DNA from: the human T2T-CHM13v2.0 reference genome, Homo sapiens
Strand: one strand, 5' to 3'
DNA: 64,000 nt
Assembly (NCBI RefSeq): GCF_009914755.1
Contig: NC_060942.1
Of this stretch, positions 15,025 to 29,539 are shown piece after piece (the stretch's first letter is position 1; the number at the start of each line of letters is the position of its first letter). The position numbers were made by a program, and so were the translations under genes. The notes beneath the pieces are model-generated. The model was not told where the DNA came from. It searched no databases and worked only from the letters and a program-made list of their open reading frames with translations.

Positions 15025-15479
15025 TATTCCTAGGCTTACTATGACTGATCAATAAAGGTCACTGAGATTCAGATCATAAGATTTAGATGGGTAAATATGG
15101 CAAATATTAGGGTATTTTCATTCTTTCCTCTGGGAGTCAATGTTATCTCTCACAAATATGAATGTTACATTAATACTAACTGACAATATTAAGACTGTTA
15201 AATGAGCTTTCCTCTATCCCAGCATCTTGTTTTGAAGCATGGTGTTCTAGGTGTTAGGAAGTAGAATTTTACATACTCTTTTCTTTAAAGGTCAATATGA
15301 CCTATTATTTGATGGAGAATTTCATGTTAACACAAACAGATTGTTGTGAGGAAAAGTTAAAAATGCACACAGTTTTAAAATACAACGCAAGATTCAAAGA
15401 AACTAAATGTTTGTAAACTATTGCTTATATCCAAGTACTTGAATCCCTGATAGTACGTTTCCTTTTTTCTGACTTTAAC

Positions 15480-15715
15480 AAAATAATAGCATTTTCTGAG
15501 CCCTTACTATGTGCCAGTCACATACTTAATCCCTTCATACATCCATTATTTTATTTAATTCTCACAACAATTCTAGGGTGTAGGCATTATCACTACCATT
15601 TTAGATGTATGAAAACTGTTCATAAAATGTTAAGTAACTTAGCTAAAGTCATCAGTAATGTATAGTATTCAGATTCAAAGTCACGTTTATTTGAATCCCA
15701 AGATCACTTTTCTTG
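15480..15715 (-). mobile_element. MIR
   Basis: cttactatgtgccag...tttaattctcacaacaa...ccattttagatg..gaaaactg...aagtaacttagctaaagtca. Confidence 0.8.
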
Positions 15716-18266
15716 GCAGAATTAAATAATTAATTTAAGAAATTGAGAATTACTGATTACCAATCACAGTAAGAATTAGAGGTTTATATGCCTTGAGATC
15801 TCAACTTAGATCTTCCAGAAATCAATTTTAACATCTGGACAGCTAGTTAAAGATACTGTGCCAGAATAAAACCTAATTTCCAAGTAACAAACATTTCCTT
15901 TTAAGTTTGATTAATGATAATTATTATGCCAGGATACACTTAACTATGTATTAAATGAAATGATTAGTTTAAATCATGTAAGCCTGAGGATGAAGAACAA
16001 GACTTGTATTGTGTTAACTCCAATGAAAATAGGACAAAGGTGACTTTATGCTTGATTTAACTAACCTGTTTGCATATTGGCTTGCAGTTTCATACAGGTT
16101 ACATAAGATTTAAGTGCTAATCATGTTCTGAGGTTGAGGAATGTTGTTGCTGTTATAAATGAATGTAGATTCCCATCTCTTCCCTCAACATGCTCTTTCC
16201 CTTACCCTCCACATCATCTAGTCCCATTGCTTTAAAAAGCATCTATATATTGTGATTCTTCAACTCATATATCCTAATTTTCTCTCTTTTCAGAACACCA
16301 AATTTAAACATTTTACTGCATCCTTGCCCTCTCCATATATAAATCTGAAGTGTATCCACGCTTTGTGTAGCCAAAACAAGACTACGGATAACACCTCTTC
16401 CTACCCCAACCTAATCAGCTTCATTTCCACTCTCAGTTTCTATCTGAATACAAATTATTCTAAGGTAGAGTCCTTACTACCTAATAGAGCTGTTTCATCT
16501 GTCAAGAATGTGCCTCCTCCTGATATCTGCATTTCGTCTTAGCGTATTTGTTTCTTTTTAGCATTGTCAAGGAATGACTCAAAGATACTTAGTTGGAGTG
16601 TAATTGAATATGCACATATGTGAGGGAGCTCAATGCTGTATAGATCATCTCTCCAAACAAAGATAAAGGACGAGTTTATAAAAGTGAAAACTGCAGACTA
16701 TCTGTGAAACACAGTCCTGTATTTGTTTGCTATTTATTGGCCTGTTTGGTTGTTGTTGTTGTTGTTGTTTTCCCTTGGGTAAGCTGATTGAATGAAGGCC
16801 ATTGAGAGGGCAGTTTGCCCTTAATTAGGTCCACATAGTTGTCAAAGAAAGCAAAACCAATTTTTAAGGTTTTTGAGAAGCCTTGTGATTTCAATTGGTG
16901 TGTTATATCTCTATGCATGGGTGATTGATTGTATTTTGGTCAATACCTAAACCTTATTTAGGCCAGACTCACACCATTTTCCTTCATTATAATTTATCAT
17001 CATTAATATCATAGCTCATATCATCCTCTGAGACAGACTTTCTTTGAGCCATCAGCAATGGTAGCTACACATTTCATCTCTTTCACATCCCCTGACTTAA
17101 TTTTCTTTACTGAACATAACTTGGTCTGATTTTAAAATGTTTAACCATTGATTTACTTACTGTCCCCTCTTTCTCCATGAAATGCACGTTCCAAGAAAGC
17201 TGAGCTATTTTCCCCCAAGAACAATGATAGAGTAGATGTTGAATACATATTTATTGAAAATCATGATGACTTTTTAAATGAATAAACATCGGCCATCATG
17301 TGCCTTACCTTAGGCAATGAGTTCCAGACCCAATTTTATAGTATAACATTTCTTAAACTCCATCCTATCACCACACTCTACTCCTGTCACCGTGGACTCT
17401 AAGCACTATACTTTCTTCACCATTCTGATGCTTGTGTGTATCTAGCTTCTAGCTTGTGTGTGAAGCTAGAAGATCTAGCTTCTCTTGCTTTGTTCAACTC
17501 ATCCATCCAGTCTGTAAACCCAAACATTATTTTTCTTATAATGGCAACAGTAATATCTAAATATATATTTTATTGTGAAAAACCTCAATAACTGCAGACA
17601 TATACAGAACAAACTTTAAGCCTATTCTCACTTAAACACCAAAATTGTACAAATCTCATCAGAGGAAATTGCTGTTAACAATTTAGGCTTCATCCTTCCA
17701 GACAATTTTTTCAAATGAAAGCTCACATTTCTCATCAGTGTCTATTCCTCACAAGTCCATCTTCCAAGGAAAGCTTCCTTGATTCCCAGAACAATCTGGC
17801 TTTTCCTCTAAGATAGTCTTTTGGCTGAATGGCATATGGCTTTGAACTGAAAATTAACTTTTCATCTAAACAGGACATTTTATCCCATTAAGACTCTGAA
17901 CTCTACTAGAGGCAAGAAGATTTCTTGTACTTTGAATTTCCCACTGTCCTAGGCACAGTGTACTTTTTTTTAATAAAGAAAGTAGATATCTTGAAATATC
18001 TGTGAGATTTGTATAGAGAAAAACTGAAAGTGTGGCATACAGCCTGGAAATCATAAAGAACACATCCAACTAAGTTCAGCTCTATTATGCGCTTTTGTTA
18101 TCAACAATGCTTTAGACTCTGTGGGCTATATTTATCTGAAATAGAGGTTATTATTAAAAAGTGTTTTTATATCATCTTCAATACATGATTATTTTAAAAC
18201 TTGTTTAAAAATGGGATTAAAATAAAAATGCATCTTTTTAAAGTTTAAGAATTTTTATAATCAGAT

Positions 18267-19009
18267 TGAAACAGGAAAGTTCCCTGACCACCTCATGGCA
18301 CATGAGACAGGGGTGTGGCTCATTTGTTTGTCCATCCCATGCTCAAAGTCCTTATAGGAGGGGGAGCATGCAGGTGAGCAGGTGCAGGAGTCTGGGTGAG
18401 TGGTTTTAGGCTCCGTCCTGTGGCAGTGTCTAGGGGTGTTACAGTGCTCTTTTAGCCTTGCCATTCCGGAATGGCTTAAATGTTAAACAGTTCAGTGAAA
18501 GCTCAGTGTGACATCCTTTTTGGGTTCCCACACCCAGTGCATCCTGAATTCTTGTCCAGTGTCCGGGAAGAATCAGGTCACACAGACTTGAAGGATGGCA
18601 AATGTGGGGATTTTATTCAGTGATGGAGGTGTTTCTCGGCTAGATGTAAAGCTGCAGAGGGGATGGAGTGGGAAGATGATTTTTCCCTGGAGTTTGACTT
18701 TCCTGTGGCTTACCTCCTCTCTGACTGTCCCCAGCCAAACTCCTCTCAACATTCAGATGCCTCCTCTCTTTTCTCCTTCTCTGCCATGCCACTCTGCTGC
18801 TCTGCTGCTTGTGGAGCCTGGGGTTTGGAGTTTATGTAGGTACAGGATGGGGGGTGGGTGGGCATGGTGGGCCAAAAGGCAACATTTGGGTGCAAAAACA
18901 GGAATGGCTTTTCTCATTTAGGGCCATGGGTTTTCAGGCTTGAGGGTGGGGCCTTTGCCAGGGAACCATCCTCTTATACCCAATATTTCCCTGTATCCTG
19001 TCCATACCA
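18267..19009 (-). mobile_element. LTR1-family (HUERS-P) ERV1 solo LTR
   Basis: Reverse strand TGGTATGGACAGGATACAGGGAAATATTGGG...GGAACTTTCCTGTTTCA; perfect 4-bp TSD AGAT (18263-18266 and 19010-19013). Confidence 0.85.
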
Positions 19010-19587
19010 AGATTATTTCAATATAGATCCTCAGACCAAAAACTCTTGAATAGCTATCTCACTACTATTTTGGTTGCAGACATTGATTTTGTTACTTTCT
19101 TCTTTTGGAGAGATCTGGTTAGTTTATTATTGTTGTCTTTTTATTTTATTATGCTATTATTGGCCAAATCATCAGAGAAAATATGTGAATGCATGAGAGA
19201 ACTAAAGATTTATTCAATTTAATCAAAGTCTAAATAACTTGGGAGTCTGAAAGGATACACAGACACAAATTTAAGATCTTATAAATATATATGCCTAAAC
19301 ACATACGTATAAATTATATATATAAAAAATATATATTTTTATGTATATATCAAATGCCATGTGTGGTCTTTTTGTGTAGTGAAAAGATTAACCAACATTT
19401 AGAAGACTTATTTTGTAATTCCAATGCTGACCTATACTCACTGTTCTTGTGACTTGGACAGCATCTCTCTTGGGAAGTATTTCTCTCTTGGGAAATACTA
19501 GGACAGATAGTTTATCCAGTTGGCTACGCAGCTAAACATGCCCACACAAATATTCAGTGTTTATGTTTGCATATATGTATGAATTAC

Positions 19588-19929
19588 TGATGTGGTTTGG
19601 GGGTAACCCCTCCCAAATCTCATCTTGAATTGTAGTTTGTATAATCCCTATGTGTCGTGGAAGGGATCCAGTGGGAGGTAATTGAATCACGGGGGCAGTT
19701 ATCTCCATGCTGTTCTCGTGATAGTGAGTGAGTTCTCATGAGATCTGATGGTTTTATAAAGGGCAGTTACCCTGCACAGGCCATGCCTTTGCCCCTCCTT
19801 CACCTTCTGCCACTGATTTTGAGGCCTCCCCAGCCATGTGAAACTGTGAGTCCATTAAACCTTGTTTTTCTTTATAAATTACTCAGTCTTGAATGTATCC
19901 TTAGAGCAGTGTGAGAATAGACAAATGCA
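19588..19929 (+). mobile_element. THE1 (MaLR) solo LTR
   Basis: tgatgtggtttgg...cccaaatctcatcttgaattgtag...gtgagaatagacaaatgca; perfect 5-bp TSD ATTAC. Confidence 0.93.
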
Positions 19930-20978
19930 ATTACCCTGGTTTCTGAAGTCACACTTAGAACATATTTTCACTGAATATACTATTGTTACCTGACTTTACT
20001 GCAAAACCCTAGGCTTACTACTTAATTTTATATCACTCCCTTCAAAACTAGAAAAAGAACCTTTTTTCCCTTTGACTTGTGGCATGACTGCCGGCAACAA
20101 CCTACTGCTGAAGTGCCTGAGTAAACAGAGAATAGGAGATTTCTTAAACAAGTGAATTATTTAAATCTGCATATGCAGTGAGACCTGTTAGGCAAAACTT
20201 CTGCTTATAAGACCCCCAGGCTCTTAGGAAGATATTTGATATGTAATTTCCTAAACTGCTTACTGTAGTTTTTGCATCTTATTGTTTATTTTGCACGAAA
20301 TTGTATTGTCAGTAGGAATGTTCCCAGAGAGAGCTTTGATTGAAATATGCTTGGATGAGCATTAGGCTTTTTTTTTTTTTGCATGTAATAATATTAAATC
20401 TTCAAGTTATTGCTAGTTGGATATTGGCCAAGATTTGAATACAAACGGTTTCTTTTTCGTGTTTTCATTCTGTGTGGTTCTTTTAAATAATGCACATTTT
20501 CCCCTGAGTTAAGCAAAAAAGATGTAAAAATAAATGATATGTATTTAATTAGTAAACACAAATATTTCTAACACATGCCCGCTCCATTTCTAGGGTAAGA
20601 GAGGGTTCCCCAGATTCCTTTGTTCTTACAGCCTCATTTTTCTCTGGCTTTCTAGTCTATGGCTACTGGCTTTGAAGTCAACTCACTTTGGGCCAAAGAA
20701 AATCTTATATTAACCTGGTATATTCAAGTCAATAGGTTAGTAGGTACCAAACACTGTATCTGACAACCTATTGACTTGAATATGCAGGGTCATGAAGCCT
20801 TAAGAGTTCTTGACAAGGCTGTTTTTCATTGCCCTGAACTCTGGCTCCAGGACCCTGCTCTTCCTGGTATAGGGAGCAGAGCAAGTTTTCCCACATGAGA
20901 CCAGTTTTCAAACATAACTGGCCAATCACTGTTGTAAAACCAATCACTCCTAACGCGAGAGATCTGTCAGACAGCACC

Positions 20979-21012
<34 letters not shown>
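20979..21012. repeat. (CA)n microsatellite
   Basis: Uninterrupted CA run of about 16 units. Confidence 0.97.
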
Positions 21013-21015
<3 letters not shown>

Positions 21016-23189
21016 TGTATTTTTTAAATATAAGAATTCACACAACATTCTGAAACATTTCAAATATCCTGACTTTTTTTTTTCTCCTCAACTTTTGGTT
21101 TTGGTTTGGTTTGGTTTTCGCCCTTCTTCTCTTTCTTCCTTCTCCTTTGATACTTTGACTTCTTTCCTTTCTCTCTGCCTCTTTGTTTCTCACTACTTTT
21201 CTGTCTCTTCATCTCTGTTCTTCTGTACTTTTCTCTCTTTCTCTCTTCTTTTTCTCCTTGTAGGGACATTTTTAAAAGGCACACCTTCTTAAGGTTCCAT
21301 CTAGTCTCCTTCCTTTTTCTACCAGTTTCTCAACTGACAAGAACTGAGTTATAGATGATGTCCTCAGTGGCCTACAAAAGGCAAATATGATAATATACAA
21401 TTCTTGGTGTAATTATGGTCTAAATAGTTTTAAAGTGGACTGAAAACTTGGTGCCTAGTTTGCAGGAAAAGTACAAGGAAGAAGTAGGGAGCAGGTTCCT
21501 TGCTGTTTTGCCAAGCATTTAAGTTGAAGTCCAACTCTTTTTCCATATTTACAGCTTCTCTGTTCTACAGTAATTCCTCTCTCTGTATGATTCCCTATTA
21601 TTTGATAATCTACAGCTCATAATTGAACTAGTCTATGATTTTGTCATGTGTCTTACCCTTGATCCAACACACCCCTACAGTGTAAAATGTATTCTTTGGG
21701 AAAAGAACTGATATCATGTCTTGCTTGTGTATGACTAGGCCACATTCATGTAAAAATTCATCAAATATTTTCTCAGTGATTAAGTTGTAGTTCATTAATG
21801 TCCTAATTATTAATATTTTTATTATGTGTATAGTATAGGAACAAATAGACTCCGTCCAAGTTAAATCATCCTTTGTTATGGATCTCCATGTAGCCAAATA
21901 CTTTCTAAGTGAAAAAAGTTCTCATCTCTATTCTTTTTCCATTGTTGACAATATTATAGCCTCTTTTTTCCTCCACCAGGAAGACGTAAAAAGTAACTAC
22001 CATATTCATTTTCGTGTGGACTTCCAAGTTCTTCAGTCACACACCCTTTCTGAGAGCAGGTCAGTTTTCTAGATGACTTGCAGTAAGAAAATTTACTTGA
22101 TCACAAACCTGTTCCTGATCTGTAGGGACTGGAGAGTTTAAAAAATCATTTCAAGGTAAGTATACATTCAATTGGCTGTTGGAAAGAAAATACTAATAAA
22201 CAGAATGAATCATGACTTAATTTGAATATTGTGCTGATTAGCTTCAGGTTTGGTATTCTTGATAAGTCTCTTACCATTACCCTGGTAATTGAACACTGGC
22301 TCCAGTAATAAAGGTAGGGCCAACTGTTCATCCAACAACAAACCAGGAAGGAATTAAGAGCTTGGCAATAATGATGCAGCTTAGAAAGTAAACGTCTTGC
22401 ATTTTGGGGGACAGACTTATTTCTTGGGGTTAGGAACCCATTACAATTTTTGTTACGTGTTTTTCTTTCACTATGAGCTTTAAGACTGCTCAATCAAGCT
22501 GTTTCAATGTTCTCATCTCCCTGTCCTCATTACTTTGAGCAAAAGATTTATTGTTCCCTACTTTGGAGGGTGTTGCTTGTATGCAATTATGTTGGCTTAA
22601 TTGTAGTTCATTCTTCTTCATATATTGTTGTGTGACCTCATGCTCACTTTATTGTGGGATGTCGCTGTCAGGCCTAATCCCTGGAAAGATGTAAGTACAT
22701 TAGAATTCATTACAAAAAGAAAGAAAAACACAAATTGGGGTGGAAGGAAGCTCACAAATTGGGAAGTAGCTTAACCTGCTGCTACTGCCTTGGGAGACAA
22801 AAAAAAAAAAAAAAAAAAAAAACCCGGGTAAAATCATCTCCAGTGCAGCCTTAATCCACATCTGCAACCTCACAGTCACCAGTGTAAAGTTCTATCATGG
22901 AAAAGACTAAAGTCAAACTAGGGCTAAACTTAAAAATGGTAATATGTTTGTCTCCCTTCCTTTTCTATTCTTTTGTTTCTGGGCTTTCTTCAACAACACA
23001 CACATTCCCCCTCCACCTCACACACCCCACCCAACCCCCAGCATTAGAAACTGTTATTCTAGCCCATTCCTCCAGGATATCAAAACATGATTTCAGGCAA
23101 GCATCAGAAACTCATTAAATATAGGGTGGCCCTGCAGTGGGAATGCCTGTTTTGTGTGTCTTTACCTTGCACATAAATTGGAAGTCTTG

Positions 23190-23330
23190 CACAGGCACAA
23201 CTGCTGGGCCTCAACCCCAGGTTTTTTCACTGAGCAGTTGTGAAGTGTGGCCTAAGAATTTGCATTTCTATGAAGTTCTGAAGCAATGTAGATGCCACCA
23301 GTCTGAGGACTAGCCTTGAAGAACCAGTGA
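23190..23330. mobile_element. MER5A-like DNA transposon fragment
   Basis: tgctgggcctcaacccca...cctaagaatttgcatttcta...gaagaaccagtg. Confidence 0.7.
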
Positions 23331-26300
23331 GCTACTGATCTACCTGCTTTCTTCAAATGTTAGCTTAATTGACACAAGAAGCCCAGTAAGAGCAAGTTGG
23401 CCTCTCAGCACAGCCTCCAAGCCTGGCCTTTCCTGGCCTTGTCCCTTACTCTGAGAGGTGAGCTTGCTCTTTGGGAGGATAGCTCTCTGATAACCTAATT
23501 CACCACCTCAGACTGACTTGTGTCAGCTTGCTGCTCCTCCTAGTAAATATCTGCACTTCTAGGGTAAGTGGCAGTGGTGGTTGTGGATGTTGCTACCGGA
23601 GAAGAATGAATGTCTTGGGATACAATTAAGTGACAGAAGAAGATAGGTGATATTGCTGGAACAGAGCAGACCTACCACATGACCTATTCAGGCTGAGCTG
23701 AACTCTCATGCAGCCATTCCTGGGCTTCTTAGACTTTCCTTCCCACTGCCCCTGTTGCACAGGAGCTCAGACACATAGCTTTATGATCCAGGAACCAACT
23801 AGGGTGTCTCGGGATATCACTTTGTCTAAAATTTCATGAGATTCTTACTCATCAACATATATGTGCTCTTAAACATATATAAAATGGTATTTTGAATTTC
23901 TGACTATTGGATAAAACTATATTTCATTCATGTATTTATCCTTGTTACCAAACTCTTGGAAGGTCTATTATAGTTTTAAAGTTTAGACTTACTCCTTGTA
24001 GTGTAGACTTGTTCCTGCTGCATCTGTGTGAGCCAGTTGCTGCATGGATTCCTTAAACTTTTGTGAGTCTCTCTATAGCCTTCTGCCTTCAGAGTTCATG
24101 CATGTACTTTTTCTTCCATTGTTTCAGGTATAGCCAACCTATACGGGGCAATTGGACTTACTGTTTTTAACTATTCATGTCCCTGGACATGTAATCAAGA
24201 AAGTGGAAGTTGAGAAATAAGGTATTGTCCTCTGATTTCAGAGGAGACAGAAGCCCTTGCTAGCTCCATCCTCCAAACGCAGGTTTCTTGACTAATGTCT
24301 GAAATTCCAGTGTGCCACTTAGCTCCTATTAATGTGCATCCATAAAGCCTAGCCTAGTGCTTGGCATGTAAGATATTCAATACGTGGCCGAATACTATAT
24401 AAATAAGTGAATTTACTTATCCTAGGGGTTCAATTAAAAAGACATTACCTGGTATTCTTAGACTGCTGGCACCTAGGGCTGATTTTCCCTTACATTCCAA
24501 CATGATGAAGGCTTTAAGAGCAAGCTTTGATATGTAATTGTTCCTCAAGGGGTATTCAAGGTGGGAGATGTGGGAAAAGACAGGGACACAAAAGGTACAT
24601 TTCTAGACCCCAGATTTGACCCTCAAGCGGACCCTCCAGCGGTCTCCACCTGTCATCATCCTACTCTGGTTTCTGCCTCCTCTGATTTGAACCTAAGACT
24701 GTGCCAGTTAGCTCTCTAGCTCCTATCTATGGTTGCTGAGAATATAAGCACTAAAATACAGACTAGATGTTAAACAGAAATTCTATATGTGAAATGTCAT
24801 AGTATAGTGCCTGACCCATAAGTAGTCACTCATCCATACTTGATTCTTTTGAATCAAATCACTGTCCTCCTTGGACCCCTGCCATTCCAACTTTTTCTGC
24901 CTCTGTGTTTGTTAATATTTTGCTTCTAATCTGTGATCTACTCTGGGGAAATTCCCTAGGATTGAGCCTGATGAGGGGATTGGTATAAGGCAGAAGAAGA
25001 AGGGAGATGAGAGCATAATGTAGTGAAGTCCAAAAAATTTGAGCTAACTCAGAAAGTTGCCAGATAATTGATCCACAGATAAAAAGCAGATAGAGATTCT
25101 GGGCTAGGTCCATTAAAAAGGATATGACTGTGGAGTGGGAATTTCTACCCCATCTTCAGGAAGCTTAAGTAGGGAGATGACATTTAGCCTGTGTAATTCT
25201 TAAATATTAACAAAAACATGTTTCGGTCTCCTTTTCAGCTCATTCTCACTGTCTCCTCCTTTATCTTCTCACTCCCTCCTGTCACCTCACAACCTCAAGT
25301 CCCACTCAGACTCATTACTTTAAAAACCCAGCAAGTGATTCTATTCTCCCCTTTTCTCCTGTCTTTGGTTACATAACTTCTCTGACTCAAATGTTTCTAT
25401 ACCACATCAACTTTATTTTTTTTTCCAATGGATCATGCACAGACCACATCTTTTCTTTCTTCTCTGTATTTTTCCAGAAATAGTTCAGGTATTTCCCATG
25501 AGACAATTTTTCACAATGTAAACGCATCCAGTTCAATTTTATTGTTTCCCCTGCTATGTTAAAACTCTGTCCCAGTTAACACAGTACATTTTCTCTCTCC
25601 TTTTTTTCTCACTCATTAACTTTTTTATTCTCATTCTCATTATTGCAATCATGATTCCAACAATAGGCTAATCATAAATTGAAATTTTAAAGTATCGTTA
25701 GTGATATACCTGTATTAAAGCAAGGACATCATACAATTTGAAGCAGCAATTAGGAATAATTGAGATCCACTGCCAATAACATTTAAACCCATGGAAATGC
25801 CCATAAGTCCCCTTTGAAATATCAGCAAAATTTCTACCTACCTCTTCATTCTTCTCTAATTAAAAAGACTTGCTCAGTGTTAGCATAAAATACACATAAC
25901 AAATATATTATTTGAATTTTACATTCTTTGTTCTATTGAATTACTAGTGTAGTAAAGACATTATATTTTACACTGTTTTATTTTACATTGTTTTATTTTG
26001 AACATACAGCCTAATGAGTTAATTAAGCATTGGAATAGTCTTCCAGAAATGCCAGTCACTATAATTAGTATCATCCCAATGGAAAAATAGAAAATATTTC
26101 AAATAATTAATTTATATACAAACTTTCAGAAAATAGCTGGTAGTTGTATTCTGCTGAGATGATAAAGTTACCTTTCTTCATTTTTTTTTTTTGCCCTGTT
26201 TGATTGCTGAATGGCTTCTAAAAAGTATCAGATTTTATTGTACATTAGGGGTACACTGAATGATTTTGGAACAAGTTGAGTGTTAACAAATGCAATAAAA

Positions 26301-26559
26301 GCAACTAAATTATTGAGCAGGAAATGCCTTTTGACTTCTTAGCTAGAGAAAATAACTTAGTTAGAATTTCTGGTATACCTAGAAATGAGGAAGATGAATT
26401 CAGCATCAATAACGGATATCCAAATTTATAGAGAAAAACCAAAGGCAGGTTTGTAAAGTGTTAATGAAAAAACTAACCCAGAATCAAAAAGTGGTATCTG
26501 TGTCTCAAAATGAAGTCTTCAGAATATTTGCATAAATACTATTCACTAAATAGTTCCCT

Positions 26560-26813
26560 ATAACTTTGAGTTTAGATATGGCCACAAAATGTGTTGTATC
26601 TAAAGAAGAATAAATAGAAGCATGGATTTCACTTCTGGGTGGAAGTTTCAAGGGGATCAGTCCAACATACTTTCTTTTCCTATGGTAAGTCAGCCTCTAG
26701 CTGAACTACATTTGTATATTTAGGAAAGAAAAAAAAATAGCTTTAATTGTTCAAAGTCCCTGAGATTAGGGGTTTGTTTGTTATTGCAATGGAACCTAGC
26801 CCATTCTGACTAG
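26560..26813 (+). mobile_element. Old MLT1 LTR fragment
   Basis: ctgagattaggggtttgtttgttattgca...cctagcccattctgacta 3' end. Confidence 0.65.
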
Positions 26814-26914
26814 CAAAGCTCAGTTAAAAGCCCAGTTAAAATATAAATTTCTGGGACTGCTCAGGTTCATGAAATAATACATTCCTTTTGTTTTGTTTTT
26901 CTTTTTAACTCTAA

Positions 26915-27125
26915 GCCAGTTCAAATTATATTCCAGCTTACTAAGACAGCAGTGTAACCCATTTATTACCTGAGGGAGTAACCTCAACCAAATTACTCAA
27001 TTCTTTGGAGTCTCAGTTTTCTCATCTGTAGAACTTCACAGTGTTTTCATAACAGTTTAAGGAGATAATCCATGCAAATATTTTAGTGCATTGCCACACT
27101 CGATGTAAGTAGTTTTATTAGTGTT
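26915..27125 (+). mobile_element. MIR
   Basis: tctcagttttctcatctgta...ggagataatccatgcaaa. Confidence 0.7.
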
Positions 27126-28673
27126 AATTATAATGCTTAGACATTTAGTAAGACAAATATTCTGAAAGATATAACATATTTTGCATTTTTCTGTTAAACA
27201 CATATAACTTTCAAAAGTATCCATTGTTTATTTTCTGTACTGTAACAGTCCCTCTCTAAGTAACTATATGGATGATAAAGATCTGGCTAAACTGCAATTT
27301 TTTTCCCTATCTTCTAGGTCAATAACACTTCCTGGTTATTATTCCTGGGATATTCCTCTTGGGTAAAAAGACATTTCTGTTTTCTTGAGAGCTCAATGTT
27401 TTTCCATATCACTAAAGTCTGAAGTGTAGAAAAAAAAAACCAGTTTAAATTATTATTATATTTTTGGCTTCTCACTACAGTAAAACATAATTTGGCTGAA
27501 ATAATGAGATTCAATTGCTCATAAGTAAACTGTAGCTTAAACAATGACAGTTGGGCAGTATTTGTTGTTGAGTCTCCTGTTTCAGCAGCAAGCATTGTTA
27601 TTGACTCATTTTTGACATATTTTCTACAGATTAAGAATTTGGTAAAGGGGCCAAGAAAAAAAATACCAGAGTGCTAGACTGAATTCTAACAAGGTGAAAC
27701 TATTCTACACTAAGCTCTGATCTCCTTTTCAAGAACTTCTTAACCATAATTTAGCAAACATAGATTCACTATGGAATCTATGGAAAGTGACACAACTATC
27801 TGTTTTTTGTATTACATATTTTTCAGTTTCCAGATACTAGATTAAAAAATTTTGATCTGCCTAAATTCTAATTAATATGATTAAATTTCCTTAGAAGAGT
27901 ATGTTATTACTTCTAGTGTATTGGAAGGCAAATACCAAGGCACATGAGTTGCAAATGACCTTTACTGCACTGAGATATTTACTTACATGGGACACACTGG
28001 TTTACTGACATTCTCCATCCCTGTGTTGTTTGAGGCATAGAAAAAGCAAATAGATTTCACTTGAGTGACACTTCTAAGTGAAGGAAGGTCATTTTAATCA
28101 TCTCCAATCTTCTTTTGTGAACCCATCTCTAGACTTTTAAATGCCTGATAATCTTTTCACTTGGTAGCCATTATTCTGGTATGGTTATAAAAGTCAGAAT
28201 TAAAAGTCCTATTCCATAGTGTCTCATAGCATCTTTCTAGAAACAATAAACAAAGCAAAACAAAACCCTGTAAATTTGGGTAGGAAAGTAGGGGTTCAGA
28301 ACCAAATAGATATTCAGAACAGATAATGATCCTGTATCTGGGTTCCAGAAGTCCTCTTCTGCCTCCCTGACAAGCAGAACAGACCTTGCTTCAGTTTCTT
28401 ATTGATATCATTTATGGGCAGTCTTGGTGGTGGCAGTTGTTTTGGGGATGAGATTTTACCTCTTTAGGAAAATGTCCTGACAGGCAGGAGAACTGCACAT
28501 GTTGCCAGGGAGGCAGAAAGAACAAAGGTCATCCCTCTGGTTGCCCACCCACTTCATCCTACTGTGAACTGTGGCCCCTGACTTTGGCTTTATCAGATCC
28601 CTCCTAGGCAAAGCTTCACTGTCTTTTATCTAGTTCTTCAGAATTTAACTTTTCTGAGTGAGAGGTAACTAGG

Positions 28674-29296
28674 TGCTATGGTCTGAATGTTTGTGCCTGG
28701 ATGATTCATCTGCGTGATAAAACCTTGGCCTGCACAACCCCTTATTATAATCCAGACATTCGTTTCTATGTTAATAACTCTTTCAACTAATTACCAATCA
28801 GAAAATCTTTAAATCTACATATAACCTGGTAGCCTCCTCCCACCCTACTTTGAGTTGTCCTGTCTTTCCAAATCAAAGCAGTGCACATCTTACATGTACT
28901 GATTGATGTCTCATGTCTCCCTAAAATGTATAAAACCAAGCTGTACCCTGACCACCTTGGGCACATGTCATCAAGACCTCCTGAGGCTGTGTCACAGGTG
29001 CATCCTTAACCTTGGCAAAATAAACTTTCTAAATTGATTGAGACTTGTCTCAGATACTTTTGGTTTATACCCTTATAAAGGAGGCATGAGGGAGATTTTT
29101 TGCCCCTTCTGCCATGTGAGGACACAGCAAAAATGTTACATCTTTGAAGCAAAGAACGAGCCCTTACCAGACACTGAATCTGCTAGTACCTTGATCTTAG
29201 ACTTCCAGCCTCCATAACAGTGAGCAATATATATCTGTTGTTTATAAATTGCCCAGTCTGAGGTATTTTGTTATGGCAGCCTGAATAACTAAGACA
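28674..29296 (+). mobile_element. MLT1A LTR interrupted by a partial MER4 LTR (~28700-29069)
   Basis: tgctatggtctgaatgtttgtg start and aactaagaca end, flanks ctagg/ctagt; internal MER4 3' portion tataaaaccaagctgtaccctgaccaccttgggcacatg...aaataaactttctaaattgattgagac. Confidence 0.85.
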
Positions 29297-29539
29297 CTAG
29301 TATTACCAACTATTGCTGTCTAATGAAACAAAATGCAGTTTTAAAGTTGAGATAATAATGGATGCTAATAATATATACACCCTTCAAAATCCAGAACAGA
29401 TTTTATTTTTCCATTTAACCTTCTTTGACTATCTCAGTATAAAGTGATAACCAGCCCCTGCCCCTTGACTTCTGTTCCTTCTCACTCACCTGCTGCTTGC
29501 TGTTATTACTTAGTATTTTATGTGATAAAATATGACTGT

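Noticed and set aside
19310-19350. AT-only 16-bp palindrome aaaaatatatattttt
   Set aside because: Expected within low-complexity AT sequence
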